Virus record (IMG/VR): IMGVR_UViG_3300030330_002454
Strand: one strand, 5' to 3'
Source of the DNA: an uncultured virus (IMG/VR IMGVR_UViG_3300030330_002454)
Taxonomy: Duplodnaviria > Heunggongvirae > Uroviricota > Caudoviricetes
Length of the DNA: 64,000 nucleotides
The notes under the pieces are model-generated. The model was given only the letters and a program-made list of their open reading frames with translations. It was not told the DNA's origin and did not search any database. Positions 1 to 9,838 of the stretch are shown here, one piece after another; the first letter of the stretch is position 1, and each line of letters begins with the position of its first letter. Made by a program: the position numbers and the translations under genes.

Positions 1-1
1 C

Positions 2-829
2 ACCTTTTAGTAAATCCCAATTGATAGGATACCTAACTCTACCTACAAGAAGACATGGATCTGCACCATCATTAGTGATAATATAAGAATCTGTTTCTTC
101 TATTACACTTTTCCTGTGATAATAGTTACGAACTGTAGTTATACCCTCTTCAACATTCTTTAGTACAATGTTATCAAAGTATGCAAGCTGATTACTAATA
201 GCAGAACTAAAGTCACTAGCATCATATCTGCTTTTGATAGGAACAATAATAGTAGTACCATTTTGTTGATCTGTAGCTGCCTGATATACCTGATCCATAT
301 GTGGAACGTTATCGTTGTTACGATAGATCATATAATATGTCTCAGTACCATTATGTCTACTAGATACATAGAAAGTATCTGCATATGCCAAAGGTGACTT
401 TGCACCGAGGCCAAATCCACCGATCTCATAGTTGTTGTCTCTCTTTGTAGATGCACCAAATGTAGTAAATACATCTTGTACACGCTTCTGAGATAGACCG
501 CAACCATAATCGTGGAACATCATACACTCATCCACGCCTAGGATGGTGTTCTTCGTAATGTATTCGATACAAACCGTTTCGCGATTAGACCAGAAAGACT
601 TATCATCCTCTGTTTCCATAGGAATCTTACCGTCTATCTTTAAGTTTCGCTCACGGTTCGCATCAATACAATTAGAAGTGATCTCACGGACAATCGAACC
701 AATAGGGTCCGAGTATAAATTAATCAGGCTATCCATAATGATAGCCTGTGAACCGTCCGTGATCTTGAACTTGTGTTGTTTTTGTACGCCGATAACTTCT
801 TCGACGTTTGTGTGTTGTTGTAGTTTCAT
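2..829 (-). CDS. rIIA: rIIA-like protein, N-terminal GHKL/HATPase domain (partial, runs off window start)
   Basis: Manual translation from ATG at 829 (absent from ORF track because truncated): MKLQQHTNVEEVIG...LYSDPIGSIVREITSNCIDA...HDYGCGLS...FGASTKRDNNYEIGGFGLGAKSPLAY. These are GHKL N, G1 and G2 boxes as in phage rIIA proteins. Confidence 0.8.
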   Translation of the reverse strand, partial: MKLQQHTNVEEVIGVQKQHKFKITDGSQAIIMDSLINLYSDPIGSIVREITSNCIDANRERNLKIDGKIPMETEDDKSFWSNRETVCIEYITKNTILGVDECMMFHDYGCGLSQKRVQDVFTTFGASTKRDNNYEIGGFGLGAKSPLAYADTFYVSSRHNGTETYYMIYRNNDNVPHMDQVYQAATDQQNGTTIIVPIKSRYDASDFSSAISNQLAYFDNIVLKNVEEGITTVRNYYHRKSVIEETDSYIITNDGADPCLLVGRVRYPINWDLLKG

Positions 830-1408
830 TTATTCAAATGGTTTTTCTTCGGGTTTTAAAGGTTTAACGTATTTATACTCCTCTATATAAGTCTCCATTT
901 TTATATCAGGTGGGGACGAAACTTCTGCCTCATCAGATATAACTACACCAAGTTTATCTTCCCACTCTTCTCTTAGGTCAGGGTGTTTGAATAAAACTTG
1001 AGCTACTCTATGAGATGAATCTGTAATCCCATGATACTTAAAAATATGAGCTTTATATTCTTGAGGAAATTCAGAATATCTACCTTTGATAAATTTATTA
1101 TAAACATCTTTATAGCTCTTAGGAATTTTAAAACAATACAAAGTATTATATCTATCTGGATCATACGAAAACTCAAAGAGCTCGTGGTTTTCTAAATAGT
1201 TTTCATACTCTAGAAATGGTTTAACTCCAGAGAATCTGTATAAAAGAAATATATGATCTTTATACTTTGGATAATCGTCAGTGCGTAAAAATGTATTTAA
1301 TAAATTCTCTTTTACAATGTCTATATACAAAGACATCATAGGTAAGATATACGTGAATGATTTATTTCGCATCAATCTTCCTTCATAATCTTTCTTCATT
1401 GCGAACAA
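830..1408 (-). CDS. hypothetical phage protein
   Basis: 192 aa ORF packed tightly in the operon; its stop abuts the rIIA start; no recognised motif. Confidence 0.6.
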   Translation of the reverse strand: MFAMKKDYEGRLMRNKSFTYILPMMSLYIDIVKENLLNTFLRTDDYPKYKDHIFLLYRFSGVKPFLEYENYLENHELFEFSYDPDRYNTLYCFKIPKSYKDVYNKFIKGRYSEFPQEYKAHIFKYHGITDSSHRVAQVLFKHPDLREEWEDKLGVVISDEAEVSSPPDIKMETYIEEYKYVKPLKPEEKPFE

Positions 1409-1415
1409 ATAAAAA

Positions 1416-2396
1416 TTAATACTCTACTATAGCTTCATAGCCTTGCTTAACATTCCATACATTGGACTGTTTGTAATGGCTATACTCACTTAATAAGCAT
1501 TTAATCTCATTGTTACCTTCTTCTATCCATTCAGATGGAAGTTTGTATACAGCAGAATCATAAGATCCTTTTGTATCAACAGCAATAATAAAAGCTTCTA
1601 CAGTATAATCTTTATATTGAGATGCCGCTGCTTGCATATAAAAAGCAAGTTGTCTGTAATAAGAATATTGTAAACAAGAATACATAAATCCTGTAGTATG
1701 CCAATCTCTTAACAATATACCAGTTTTAGTATTTAATGGTGTACATGTACCATAAACTTGATTACTAGTTGTTTTAAGATCTACTACAGTTACAGTTTTC
1801 TTGTCATGATCTACAATTAATCTGTCTAATTTAGATTTACAATCTACATCATGCATATTAAAATATATCTCATGCTCATTAAACACTTCGACTTGTTTAG
1901 AAGGCTCTGCAAATAATAATTTATTACAAACTGCATGACCCCTAAGTGAAGTAAGACAACCGTTTATTATTTGCTTATCTTTTTGGCCTAGAGCAATCTT
2001 ACCATCAGCATTTTTTAAAAACTCATAGTATTTAACATTCTCTTCTTTCTTCTTAAAACTTTTAAGAATAGTTTCTGGTTTAGAATGCGATGGTTTATAC
2101 TCGGCCATTTGATATGCCATGTCGGCTATCTTATCTTTTGGAGTATTAACTTTCTCTAATTCGAAATAAGCTTCAATATACTTACCCATTTTACCAGTAA
2201 CAGGTTCTACATCTGCTACGATAAATTTATCAGGTTCAAGAGTAAACTTATGAATAAGAGTTCCGAGCTCTAATGCAGCACTTTTTGTCTGCATTTCTCT
2301 CTGTTTACGCATAACAAACTGTCTAGGGGATATTTTTAGATACCCTAAATCACTGTTTGATATAGCATCATTAGCGTAGTAATTTGCGTCTGACAT
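1416..2396 (-). CDS. PD-(D/E)XK exonuclease (RecE/exonuclease VIII-like)
   Basis: YYANDAISNSDL start, LGTLIH, E...KSKLD...VDLKTT and YYRQLAFY motifs. Confidence 0.8.
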   Translation of the reverse strand: MSDANYYANDAISNSDLGYLKISPRQFVMRKQREMQTKSAALELGTLIHKFTLEPDKFIVADVEPVTGKMGKYIEAYFELEKVNTPKDKIADMAYQMAEYKPSHSKPETILKSFKKKEENVKYYEFLKNADGKIALGQKDKQIINGCLTSLRGHAVCNKLLFAEPSKQVEVFNEHEIYFNMHDVDCKSKLDRLIVDHDKKTVTVVDLKTTSNQVYGTCTPLNTKTGILLRDWHTTGFMYSCLQYSYYRQLAFYMQAAASQYKDYTVEAFIIAVDTKGSYDSAVYKLPSEWIEEGNNEIKCLLSEYSHYKQSNVWNVKQGYEAIVEY

Positions 2397-2676
2397 TTTC
2401 TTTTTCTTGTGTTTCTATTAATAAATCCATATACTCGTTATACAATTCTTGCCGTTGTTTGTGGGCATGAATTTTAGCATTTGCGACAACACGATCTCCA
2501 TCATCCACCATGTGATCCACGTATAGTTCTGGATCATCTAGTGCATTCTCAAGATAGTATCGTACTACATTATCTCTACGATTATCTATCGCAGACATCA
2601 GTAATCTAATATCCATGAAGTGTCTAAGATAGTTAAAGCACTTTGTCTTAAACTCTTCTGTATATGTTATTGTCAT
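2371..2676 (-). CDS. hypothetical protein
   Basis: 101 aa ORF in the operon, overlapping the downstream gene by 26 nt. Confidence 0.55.
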   Translation of the reverse strand: MTITYTEEFKTKCFNYLRHFMDIRLLMSAIDNRRDNVVRYYLENALDDPELYVDHMVDDGDRVVANAKIHAHKQRQELYNEYMDLLIETQEKENVRRKLLR

Positions 2677-2678
2677 AA

Positions 2679-3065
2679 TTATGATTTTAAAACGTTAATA
2701 TAAACTCCTGGGTTATCTTTATCATATTCAAACTCTAAGAATATAGGAATCATCTCTTCTGCATTATCATCAGTTATCCACTTGTATTTTACCATCTGAT
2801 CTTGTATAGTTTGTGCAGGATTTATGTAGTCAAACTTGTGTCTACTCTTCCTGATAAACTTAAATGAGATTCTATATGGTCTCTTGTTCTGTGAATCTTT
2901 TCCTTTTAATAATTTAAGAAACTCTTTCTTATTTTCTATCCAATACTTCTTACTATTCTTGTAATATCGTTGAGTTTGTTTTGAAACTATAAAGTATCTT
3001 CCCGTCCATCTTCTACCGTTCTTGCTTGACGGCACGTTTCCTGGTATGAATATCCCTCTTGGCAT
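2679..3065 (-). CDS. RusA-like Holliday junction resolvase
   Basis: IPGNVPSSKN start; RHKFDYINPAQTIQD...WITDDN acidic triad; DKDNPGVYI end. Confidence 0.7.
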   Translation of the reverse strand: MPRGIFIPGNVPSSKNGRRWTGRYFIVSKQTQRYYKNSKKYWIENKKEFLKLLKGKDSQNKRPYRISFKFIRKSRHKFDYINPAQTIQDQMVKYKWITDDNAEEMIPIFLEFEYDKDNPGVYINVLKS

Positions 3066-4060
3066 ATGTATTCTATTAACTCTGCAGCTGCTCTAAGGCT
3101 ATTATTAGCTATAAAGTCTGACAGATCTTTTGCTTTGTAGTCAAAGGTATTAAATTTTCCATTAGTAAAAAATAACGGTATAAATCCATACAGTTTCCTA
3201 TGTTTATTAGCAAAAGCCACGCCAGTGCGGTCAAAGTCATATAATATGCATATTCGTGCAAATCTGTCATATAAATTCTTGACAACATCTGCAGGAATGA
3301 CACAACTCTCTGACGATGGCGCTATTGCGGGTATGTCCCATATACTTAAACACATAACATCTTTTAATGATTTAGTAATCACTAGTGTATCTCCGCTGTC
3401 AGGCAGTTGGCTCAAACCTTGAAGGTCAGATGCACTAGTGTTACTAAGCCATTTATATTTGCTATTAGGTTGGTATACTTTCATTTTTCCTTGTCCAAAA
3501 TCATACGTATATATAGGATTGTAGCGATTAGCGCTAACAACGAGCCTATCATTAACCCACACGTGTTCTGCGGGTCTAACGTGAAATCGATTAAGGATGT
3601 TACAACATATTCCATATTTAGACCAGAATTTTTTATCCTCCTGCGCGTTCCAGGGGCGTGATTTAATTTGTATAGTAGTAGTAGATGGTTCTATATCTTG
3701 CAACTCTTTAATATGCTCACCAACATATTGTCTTGTTGGTGTACTAAAATTAGTAGTAGATATGCCAAGCTGAAAGTCATTATCTACAAGTCTATATGTA
3801 TCAAATCGTTTCAAACTAAATAACTTAGTAAGAAATGTAAAACAGTCACCTGTCTCACCTGTACTAAAGTCTTTGAAGAAATACTTACCACTATGATGTT
3901 TAAAGATAGTAAAAGAAGGAGATTTATCCTTACGGAGCGGTGAGCATATAGCTCTACCGTATTTAAAATCTTTCCCTATATAGTAAGAGAAGATGTCTAA
4001 GCAGCTAATCCTGCTTAGAATCTCCTCATCACTAAGTTCTACTACACGGCTACCGTACAT
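2987..4060 (-). CDS. dnaG: DNA primase (zinc-finger-like N-terminus plus Toprim)
   Basis: CSPLRKDKSPSF...FKDFSTGETGDCF N-terminal domain; ITKSLKDVM, APSSE, LYDFDRTG and KDLSD Toprim motifs of the crAss-like type. Confidence 0.85.
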   Translation of the reverse strand: MYGSRVVELSDEEILSRISCLDIFSYYIGKDFKYGRAICSPLRKDKSPSFTIFKHHSGKYFFKDFSTGETGDCFTFLTKLFSLKRFDTYRLVDNDFQLGISTTNFSTPTRQYVGEHIKELQDIEPSTTTIQIKSRPWNAQEDKKFWSKYGICCNILNRFHVRPAEHVWVNDRLVVSANRYNPIYTYDFGQGKMKVYQPNSKYKWLSNTSASDLQGLSQLPDSGDTLVITKSLKDVMCLSIWDIPAIAPSSESCVIPADVVKNLYDRFARICILYDFDRTGVAFANKHRKLYGFIPLFFTNGKFNTFDYKAKDLSDFIANNSLRAAAELIEYICQEGYSYQETCRQARTVEDGREDTL

Positions 4061-4614
4061 TAGAACGGCATTTCAGCACCACCTGTACTCATTACTGTTT
4101 CTGGTGTTACTGGAGCCGCATCTGGCTCAGGCTTAACAAGCTTTTTCTTGTTATAGTCTGAGATATAGATGTTAGTCTTATCTGCAGGCACTTCCATACC
4201 TTCAATAAAGTTAGGATACTTTGGAAGAGAAACATATTTACCTTTGTAGATAAATAGCATTCTAAACTTCTTACCCATAAATTTCTGACCAAATAAGCTT
4301 GTAACTTTGTGGCCATACTCCTCAAAACTATTTACATCTGTAATAACAAACTCTTCTTCAGTCATAAACTTAGTAGCAATATGCTTTACACGACGTGACA
4401 CATCTGTTGCTTGCTTTTCTACATCACCATAGTCTGGATTAGCAGGAAACTCAGCATGCTTTACAGTTGCACCATTTGGTTGCTTGAACTCAAAGTCAAG
4501 TCTACCACCTTTATCAGTGTTCATTGTTACACTTGTTAGCTCGCAGTTTTCTACGATACCTACCTCTGGTGCTACACCACCAGTACTGTTACTTTCTACG
4601 TTACTTCCGTACAT
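4060..4614 (-). CDS. putative single-stranded DNA-binding protein
   Basis: Beta-rich protein with flexible C-tail ending AEMPF; adjacent to a Sak4-like ATPase, a common SSB position. Confidence 0.5.
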   Translation of the reverse strand: MYGSNVESNSTGGVAPEVGIVENCELTSVTMNTDKGGRLDFEFKQPNGATVKHAEFPANPDYGDVEKQATDVSRRVKHIATKFMTEEEFVITDVNSFEEYGHKVTSLFGQKFMGKKFRMLFIYKGKYVSLPKYPNFIEGMEVPADKTNIYISDYNKKKLVKPEPDAAPVTPETVMSTGGAEMPF

Positions 4615-4630
4615 TTTTCTCTCTTTTAAA

Positions 4631-5311
4631 TTAATTATTATACTCTTCGATAGCTTTTGCTACCAACGCTAAATCGTTTGGTATTTTAACAGATCCAAAC
4701 ATGTCCTTCGGAGCTTTGCCTGTATTAGTACCGTCATTCTGTGTAATAAACGAATACTGCATACCAGTCTCACTCTTTGTGACATCTGTGTACAATACAA
4801 TAGTAAACATACCCTCAAGAGTTACAACGTTGTCCATCATTTTGCCAATAGTCTTAGCTTTTGTAACTTTGTTACCGTGTGCGTCAAATGTAACTTCTGA
4901 GTGCATCATAAATACTACAAGCAAATCGTCACGCATAGATTTTACTGCATTGATTATAGACCAAGCGTTCTGAGCAATCTCAGTAAACTTTTTGAAGCCT
5001 GTCTCATTAGCTCTACGCATATACTCATTTGCCATTGTGTATTGATAATCATCAATAACAATCGTCTTGATTTCAGGACGCTGCTCATTGATGTAATTCA
5101 AACATTTAAGAATCTCACCAGGTACATCGCTAGAATGAAATCTACCTTGCGGGTTCTCTTTGTTGAATGTAGGATATTTAGTCTTCCAACCTTTGAATGG
5201 TAACGCTTTGCGCGCTACGTTAACAATAAATGTAGACTCAGGGTTTAAGTTTTCTATTGAAGTGGATTTCCCTGTACCACTTGCGCCAACTACTAATAAT
5301 TCTTGTGCCAT
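4631..5311 (-). CDS. AAA-family (Sak4-like) ATPase / recombination protein
   Basis: Walker A GASGTGKST, Walker B IVIDD, then GKMMD, EGMFTIVL and KAPKDMF motifs. Confidence 0.8.
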   Translation of the reverse strand: MAQELLVVGASGTGKSTSIENLNPESTFIVNVARKALPFKGWKTKYPTFNKENPQGRFHSSDVPGEILKCLNYINEQRPEIKTIVIDDYQYTMANEYMRRANETGFKKFTEIAQNAWSIINAVKSMRDDLLVVFMMHSEVTFDAHGNKVTKAKTIGKMMDNVVTLEGMFTIVLYTDVTKSETGMQYSFITQNDGTNTGKAPKDMFGSVKIPNDLALVAKAIEEYNN

Positions 5312-5508
5312 TAATCTTGATTTTCTTTAATTCCTTCTTCTAATTCTGCTTTTAACGCTTCTATCAGTTCAAGTATAGTTTTTACTTGTTTATCTTTAGG
5401 AACATGTGCGTTCCACGTAGCAATAAGATACTCTTGATGCTCTTCACTACGGATTGATTCGGGTTGAGGTTTAGGTTCAAACCCCCACATAATTGGTTTT
5501 TCTTCCAT
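5311..5508 (-). CDS. hypothetical protein
   Basis: 65 aa; its stop overlaps the next start. Confidence 0.5.
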   Translation of the reverse strand: MEEKPIMWGFEPKPQPESIRSEEHQEYLIATWNAHVPKDKQVKTILELIEALKAELEEGIKENQD

Positions 5509-5510
5509 GA

Positions 5511-5807
5511 TTAAAATAAATTGATTTCGGTTTTTACTTTTTCTTGTTCAGCATGCCTTGCCGCCCACTTGGTGCCTCTAAACTCTGGATGTTTTTCTTG
5601 TAGTTTACGGCGACAACGTCCTATGCCCTCAAAAGATGGGTATGTTTTGTTGTGTAAACCTTTTAGGAAATCTTTAGTGCTTAGAGTATTAATATCAACA
5701 CCATATTCTAGCAATACAAATGCATAGAGAACGTAATCGCTATTCCTAGCGGTAAACTTGTTAAGTAGTATCTTGGACACTATCTTCTCGTACTTCTTCA
5801 CTTTCAT
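5511..5807 (-). CDS. hypothetical phage protein
   Basis: Likely start at MKVKKY (ATG at 5807); ARNSDYVL and PSFEGIGRCRRKLQEKHPEFRG phage-type motifs. Confidence 0.6.
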   Translation of the reverse strand: MKVKKYEKIVSKILLNKFTARNSDYVLYAFVLLEYGVDINTLSTKDFLKGLHNKTYPSFEGIGRCRRKLQEKHPEFRGTKWAARHAEQEKVKTEINLF

Positions 5808-6753
5808 TGCTCGAATAACTTGGTGGTTTAGCATCTAATATTTGATTATGTGCCAAGTCATTCTCCATAAGAGCAATGCAAGGCTCACCCTCACGTACCT
5901 TTAGATAATGCCAGAATATAGCATTACTTGTAGGCCATCGCTTTGGGCCGTATGCCCTAATACCAAGCATCTCTGGTCTGTGTGTTACCACAACAATGTC
6001 AGAATACATGTAACATGCATCTGCACCGAAAATGTCTTGCTTTTTAGGGTAATGTAAATCAGGGTTTTGTATACGCTCAGAGGCCTCAATGTTACGATTC
6101 ATTTGTGATATTAAAATAAATGAAACTCTAATAACTTTTTTAAGGCCATTGAACATAGCCATTAAATCGTACAGTAGATCTCTGTCTTGCGCACCACCTG
6201 CCTTTTTTACAAGTAGAGTATGATCTAGCATGATTATAACAGGTTTGTCTTTCTCTTTTGCAAAAGCTAGTATTGTAGCTTCTAGAGATTTGACACTACC
6301 TGGTATATCTACATAGTTTATATCATACTTATTTAACTTACGAGCTTCCTGTACTGCATTCATATAGTAATTGTCATTGAGCTTAAATGTCTCTGACGCA
6401 CTATACAGCTGCTGTGTAGTAATATTCATCTTATTACTAAGTTTACGACCGATTAGTCGTGAGGATAACATCTCAAAGTTAAATGATAGTATTGCAAAGT
6501 CCTCGTCTTGATTTAGATCTTTTAGTCCTGTCTCAAGCTGACCGAGTATTGCAGTCTTACCGCTACCAGACATACCAGCAATAGTTGTGATAGTCTGCCA
6601 TTCTATACCACCCATAGATATGTTATTAAACTTTTTCCACGGTGTGGCCAAAGATTTAATCTCACCTTTACGTCTACCATCTATGTAGCGCAATGCTGCA
6701 CTAGATGCCTTAGATATATGTCTCCATGGTAATGGTTTGTGTTCTTCGCTCAT
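5761..6753 (-). CDS. dnaB: DnaB-like (SF4) replicative helicase, ATPase domain only
   Basis: AGMSGSGKT Walker A, FNFEM, MLDH, ISQMNR and LKVREG motifs. Confidence 0.85.
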   Translation of the reverse strand: MSEEHKPLPWRHISKASSAALRYIDGRRKGEIKSLATPWKKFNNISMGGIEWQTITTIAGMSGSGKTAILGQLETGLKDLNQDEDFAILSFNFEMLSSRLIGRKLSNKMNITTQQLYSASETFKLNDNYYMNAVQEARKLNKYDINYVDIPGSVKSLEATILAFAKEKDKPVIIMLDHTLLVKKAGGAQDRDLLYDLMAMFNGLKKVIRVSFILISQMNRNIEASERIQNPDLHYPKKQDIFGADACYMYSDIVVVTHRPEMLGIRAYGPKRWPTSNAIFWHYLKVREGEPCIALMENDLAHNQILDAKPPSYSSNESEEVREDSVQDTT

Positions 6754-7289
6754 ATTAAGTCTTCTCCATAGTTTTGTTCTTCATTAGGTTTTTCTATTTC
6801 ACAATTCTCATACATAGTCCAAGCTTCTTGGTTTAAATATGATGACATCATTTTCCATCTCGGACGAAACTCACCAGACCAACTAGCACGCTTCCTATCT
6901 TCTAATTCAGCTTCTATAGCCTTAAGTATAGTATCATGCAGATCTGGATTACGCTCTATCAATGCTATGTACTTAAGCTTATTACGCTTCATATCATTGT
7001 GTAGTGGACGGCCTTGATCCTTTCGTGGGTAGGCCAATGCAAATTGATTCCAACAATCCTCACATCCTCGTACCTTAAATAGATCCAACGCTTTTTGACG
7101 GAGCGTAAGAGAGTCATCGGGCATTATCTTAACAAAGCCACGCTTCTCTAATTTCTTCTCGTCTATAGGTAGGATTTCTAGGTACTTTTCGAGTTGTTTA
7201 CCGCTTTCGCTTTTAATTAACATGTAAACAAACTCGCTCGGAGTCAGTTTGTTGCCCTTCAACTTTGTCAAGTTTAAAGACACTTTCAT
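6750..7289 (-). CDS. putative replication initiator / helicase loader
   Basis: N-terminal wHTH-like region; FALAYPRK and SSYLNQEAW C-terminal motifs; coupled to the helicase by an ATGA overlap. Confidence 0.5.
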   Translation of the reverse strand: MKVSLNLTKLKGNKLTPSEFVYMLIKSESGKQLEKYLEILPIDEKKLEKRGFVKIMPDDSLTLRQKALDLFKVRGCEDCWNQFALAYPRKDQGRPLHNDMKRNKLKYIALIERNPDLHDTILKAIEAELEDRKRASWSGEFRPRWKMMSSYLNQEAWTMYENCEIEKPNEEQNYGEDLI

Positions 7290-7389
7290 CGCAGTTTAAA
7301 TATTTATCTAGTTCCTCTTCAGTTAAATTCATCAGCACATCATCTGATAAACATCTTAATTCTTCAGCACATTGTATACAATTACTCAT
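7213..7389 (-). CDS. small hypothetical protein (58 aa, not in ORF track)
   Basis: MSNCIQCAEELRCLSDDVLMNLTEEELDKYLNCDESV...; fills the gap between two genes and contains CxxC. Confidence 0.45.
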   Translation of the reverse strand: MSNCIQCAEELRCLSDDVLMNLTEEELDKYLNCDESVFKLDKVEGQQTDSERVCLHVN

Positions 7390-7609
7390 TGCAAATTAAA
7401 TTACCATCATTGTCCCAATGATTTGCTGTAAGAAGATATAAATATACGTCATTTTTGCTGACTTTACAACCAAATTCCATACGCATTATATCAGTTACAG
7501 CGGAAAGAGGTAGGGTTTCAAGATCGTCATAATAAAACTTTAAAACGTTATATAAGTTACGAATCTCGAACAAACCTACTCTTTTACCATTGTAAGGACT
7601 ACTCTTCAT
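7382..7609 (-). CDS. hypothetical protein
   Basis: 75 aa ORF in the operon. Confidence 0.55.
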   Translation of the reverse strand: MKSSPYNGKRVGLFEIRNLYNVLKFYYDDLETLPLSAVTDIMRMEFGCKVSKNDVYLYLLTANHWDNDGNLICNE

Positions 7610-7618
7610 ATTTACATT

Positions 7619-8365
7619 TTAGAACGGTAGGTTCTCATCCTTCAACATATGAAGATAAGGGTCTATCGTAAATTCTTCAGTAAATGTATGTAATTTAGTA
7701 TACTTTTCCAAAGCATTCATAGGGTGTGCAGACTTAAGAGCTTCTGTGCATGCATTATATGCAGACCACGCTGTACGCTCAGGAAACACAGAGGATTCAA
7801 ACCATTCTTTAGTTGCTTTATTTAGTTGTGCACCATTCAAAACACCTTGATTTACGAATAATTGTCCGAAATAATTAGCTGCGTCTATATCGCTAAAATG
7901 TATCTCTGACATAGTCTCTCTGTCTGCAACAGCTTCGTTATACCGCCTATCTACGTCATCAAATAACTTTTGTATAAGAATATCTAAATCTTCTTCTACA
8001 TTTTGCGTGTGTTTACGCATTTTAATAATATCACCTGTAAACATAAGGTTGGAACATACTACTACTGATGCTCCGCCACATACACCTATAGGTAATGTTT
8101 TGTCATAAGAATTACGAAAGCCAATACTTCTATTCATACCGCTACCTTTTAACTGAGAGCCGTCATGAAATGTCATACTACCAAACATCTGTTGGCCTTT
8201 ATGATTTACTTCTAACCTTGTCTCAAAAGGTGCAGTATTGTAATGTTTTGTACCTGCTTCTTTAATTTTTGTAACTAATTCTTGGTGACTTACTGGTATG
8301 TAAGTCTCTGTGCGATCTGGTGTTTTAATATAAGCCAGATCAGCGAAATCTACTAACTTTGCCAT
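7619..8365 (-). CDS. DUF932/DUF945-family phage protein
   Basis: YIPVSH, NSYDKT, VCSNL, KHT and TAWSAYNACTE motifs. Confidence 0.8.
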   Translation of the reverse strand: MAKLVDFADLAYIKTPDRTETYIPVSHQELVTKIKEAGTKHYNTAPFETRLEVNHKGQQMFGSMTFHDGSQLKGSGMNRSIGFRNSYDKTLPIGVCGGASVVVCSNLMFTGDIIKMRKHTQNVEEDLDILIQKLFDDVDRRYNEAVADRETMSEIHFSDIDAANYFGQLFVNQGVLNGAQLNKATKEWFESSVFPERTAWSAYNACTEALKSAHPMNALEKYTKLHTFTEEFTIDPYLHMLKDENLPF

Positions 8366-8585
8366 TGCTTCCGTCGGTTTTAGGGTATTTAATTGTTTTT
8401 ACGTAATTTAATTTTGGTGGTACTTTTGGATACTCAAATCCAAATTGAAGCTGGAACACGTCTTTAGTAACATATCCAGTAGTATTTTTTTCTTCTTTAC
8501 TCACCTTTTCCTCTTCGATAAGAGGTTTGTAGTCTAAGTATTTTTTACTAGGCATATCTAAAATATATATCTTATTGTATTCCAA
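8340..8585 (-). CDS. hypothetical protein (start uncertain)
   Basis: Short ORF bridging the SPL-like and DUF932 genes. Confidence 0.45.
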   Translation of the reverse strand: MEYNKIYILDMPSKKYLDYKPLIEEEKVSKEEKNTTGYVTKDVFQLQFGFEYPKVPPKLNYVKTIKYPKTDGSNGKVSRFR

Positions 8586-9418
8586 GGTATAATCTTGTCA
8601 TGTAAAGCTTTAAATGCATCTATATACAGATGCTTTACATGTCTAGCATACCTTATATTAGTTCCACCATACTGCGAGACTTTCTCTTCCTGTATTGTAG
8701 GATTCCATAGGTGTACTTCTGTTTCAGGGTGTTTCTCTAAATTTTCCTCATGTTTCTTTTCATTATGTGTTAAAAATATTACTTCTGCTAACACCTGATC
8801 TTTATACTCAACATAATCGTTAAGCATTGTGAACAGTTCTTCGTAATCCTCTAGCCAATTATCTTCTACAATAACAGGACTAAAGTTAACATGTACATCG
8901 TAACCTGCATCTATAAATGCATTGATAGCTTTGATTCTATCTATAATCTTAGATGTGCCTGGCTCGTGCAATGTTGACATATACTGTGGCATCAAACTAA
9001 ATCTGATACGTATCTTACCTTCAGGATTAAAGTTTGTAAATATAGGATTTACAAACTTAGTAGCAAAACTACCCATAGCAATAGGATGATCTCTGAAAAA
9101 TGCAAAGATCCTTTCCCAATCATAGTATTTAGCATGCAATGCAAAGTCCTCATTACAACTAATGTCGTACGTAGTATGGTTTGCATGTGTCTGGTTGGGT
9201 TTCTCTACTGGTGTAAAGTATGCATGGTTGTTAAGCTCTGTAAGTATATCATTTATGTTTGTTGCTACACTCAATCCTTGAGGCTTATGGCGCTTCATAT
9301 AACAATATGAGCAATTATATAAGCAACCATAGCCAAAGGATGGAGATATAAAATCTGTGCTACGACCTGAGGGACGTATCAGAAATGTCTTTCTCGTTAC
9401 CGTTTGAATTAGCTTCAT
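8558..9418 (-). CDS. splB: spore photoproduct lyase-like radical SAM enzyme
   Basis: CxxxCxxC cluster motif GCLYNCSYCY, then DISCNED, FATK, RIRFSL, EPGTS...RIKA and NFSPVI, all SplB-family features. Confidence 0.8.
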   Translation of the reverse strand: MKLIQTVTRKTFLIRPSGRSTDFISPSFGYGCLYNCSYCYMKRHKPQGLSVATNINDILTELNNHAYFTPVEKPNQTHANHTTYDISCNEDFALHAKYYDWERIFAFFRDHPIAMGSFATKFVNPIFTNFNPEGKIRIRFSLMPQYMSTLHEPGTSKIIDRIKAINAFIDAGYDVHVNFSPVIVEDNWLEDYEELFTMLNDYVEYKDQVLAEVIFLTHNEKKHEENLEKHPETEVHLWNPTIQEEKVSQYGGTNIRYARHVKHLYIDAFKALHDKIIPWNTIRYIF

Positions 9419-9435
9419 TGAGAAAGTTTTGTATA

Positions 9436-9615
9436 TTATTTGCTATTTGTAGCTTTGCCACCTGTTCGATTAGCTTTTCGATTACCTTTTCGTGGCGATC
9501 CAGCCTTTCGCTGTTTTCTTCTACGCTCATTTTCTTTTTGTTTTTGTTTTAATTTTAATGTTTCGTATGCCACAAATAATAATATGACACATAATACTCC
9601 TAAAAATACTTCCAT
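9436..9615 (-). CDS. small membrane-anchored protein (59 aa, not in ORF track)
   Basis: MEVFLGVLCVILFVAYETLKLKQKQK...; N-terminal hydrophobic helix followed by a basic tail. Confidence 0.45.
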   Translation of the reverse strand: MEVFLGVLCVILLFVAYETLKLKQKQKENERRRKQRKAGSPRKGNRKANRTGGKATNSK

Positions 9616-9838
9616 AATAAATGGTTTAGTTAATGATCAGGGCAGGTGTATAACGCAGATGTTGTATGGACCTGCCCTAATCAGAACAAATATGCAGCAT
9701 TCACGTAGCTTACTCACGTTTTCAGCCTGTGGTCTTATTGGTATTGTTGAGACATTACCACTGGCTGTAATAAAATAGGCTCCCAGGTTTGGTATCGAAG
9801 TCTTACGCTCGGTAGCTGGGATTATTAGAGTTTAACCG

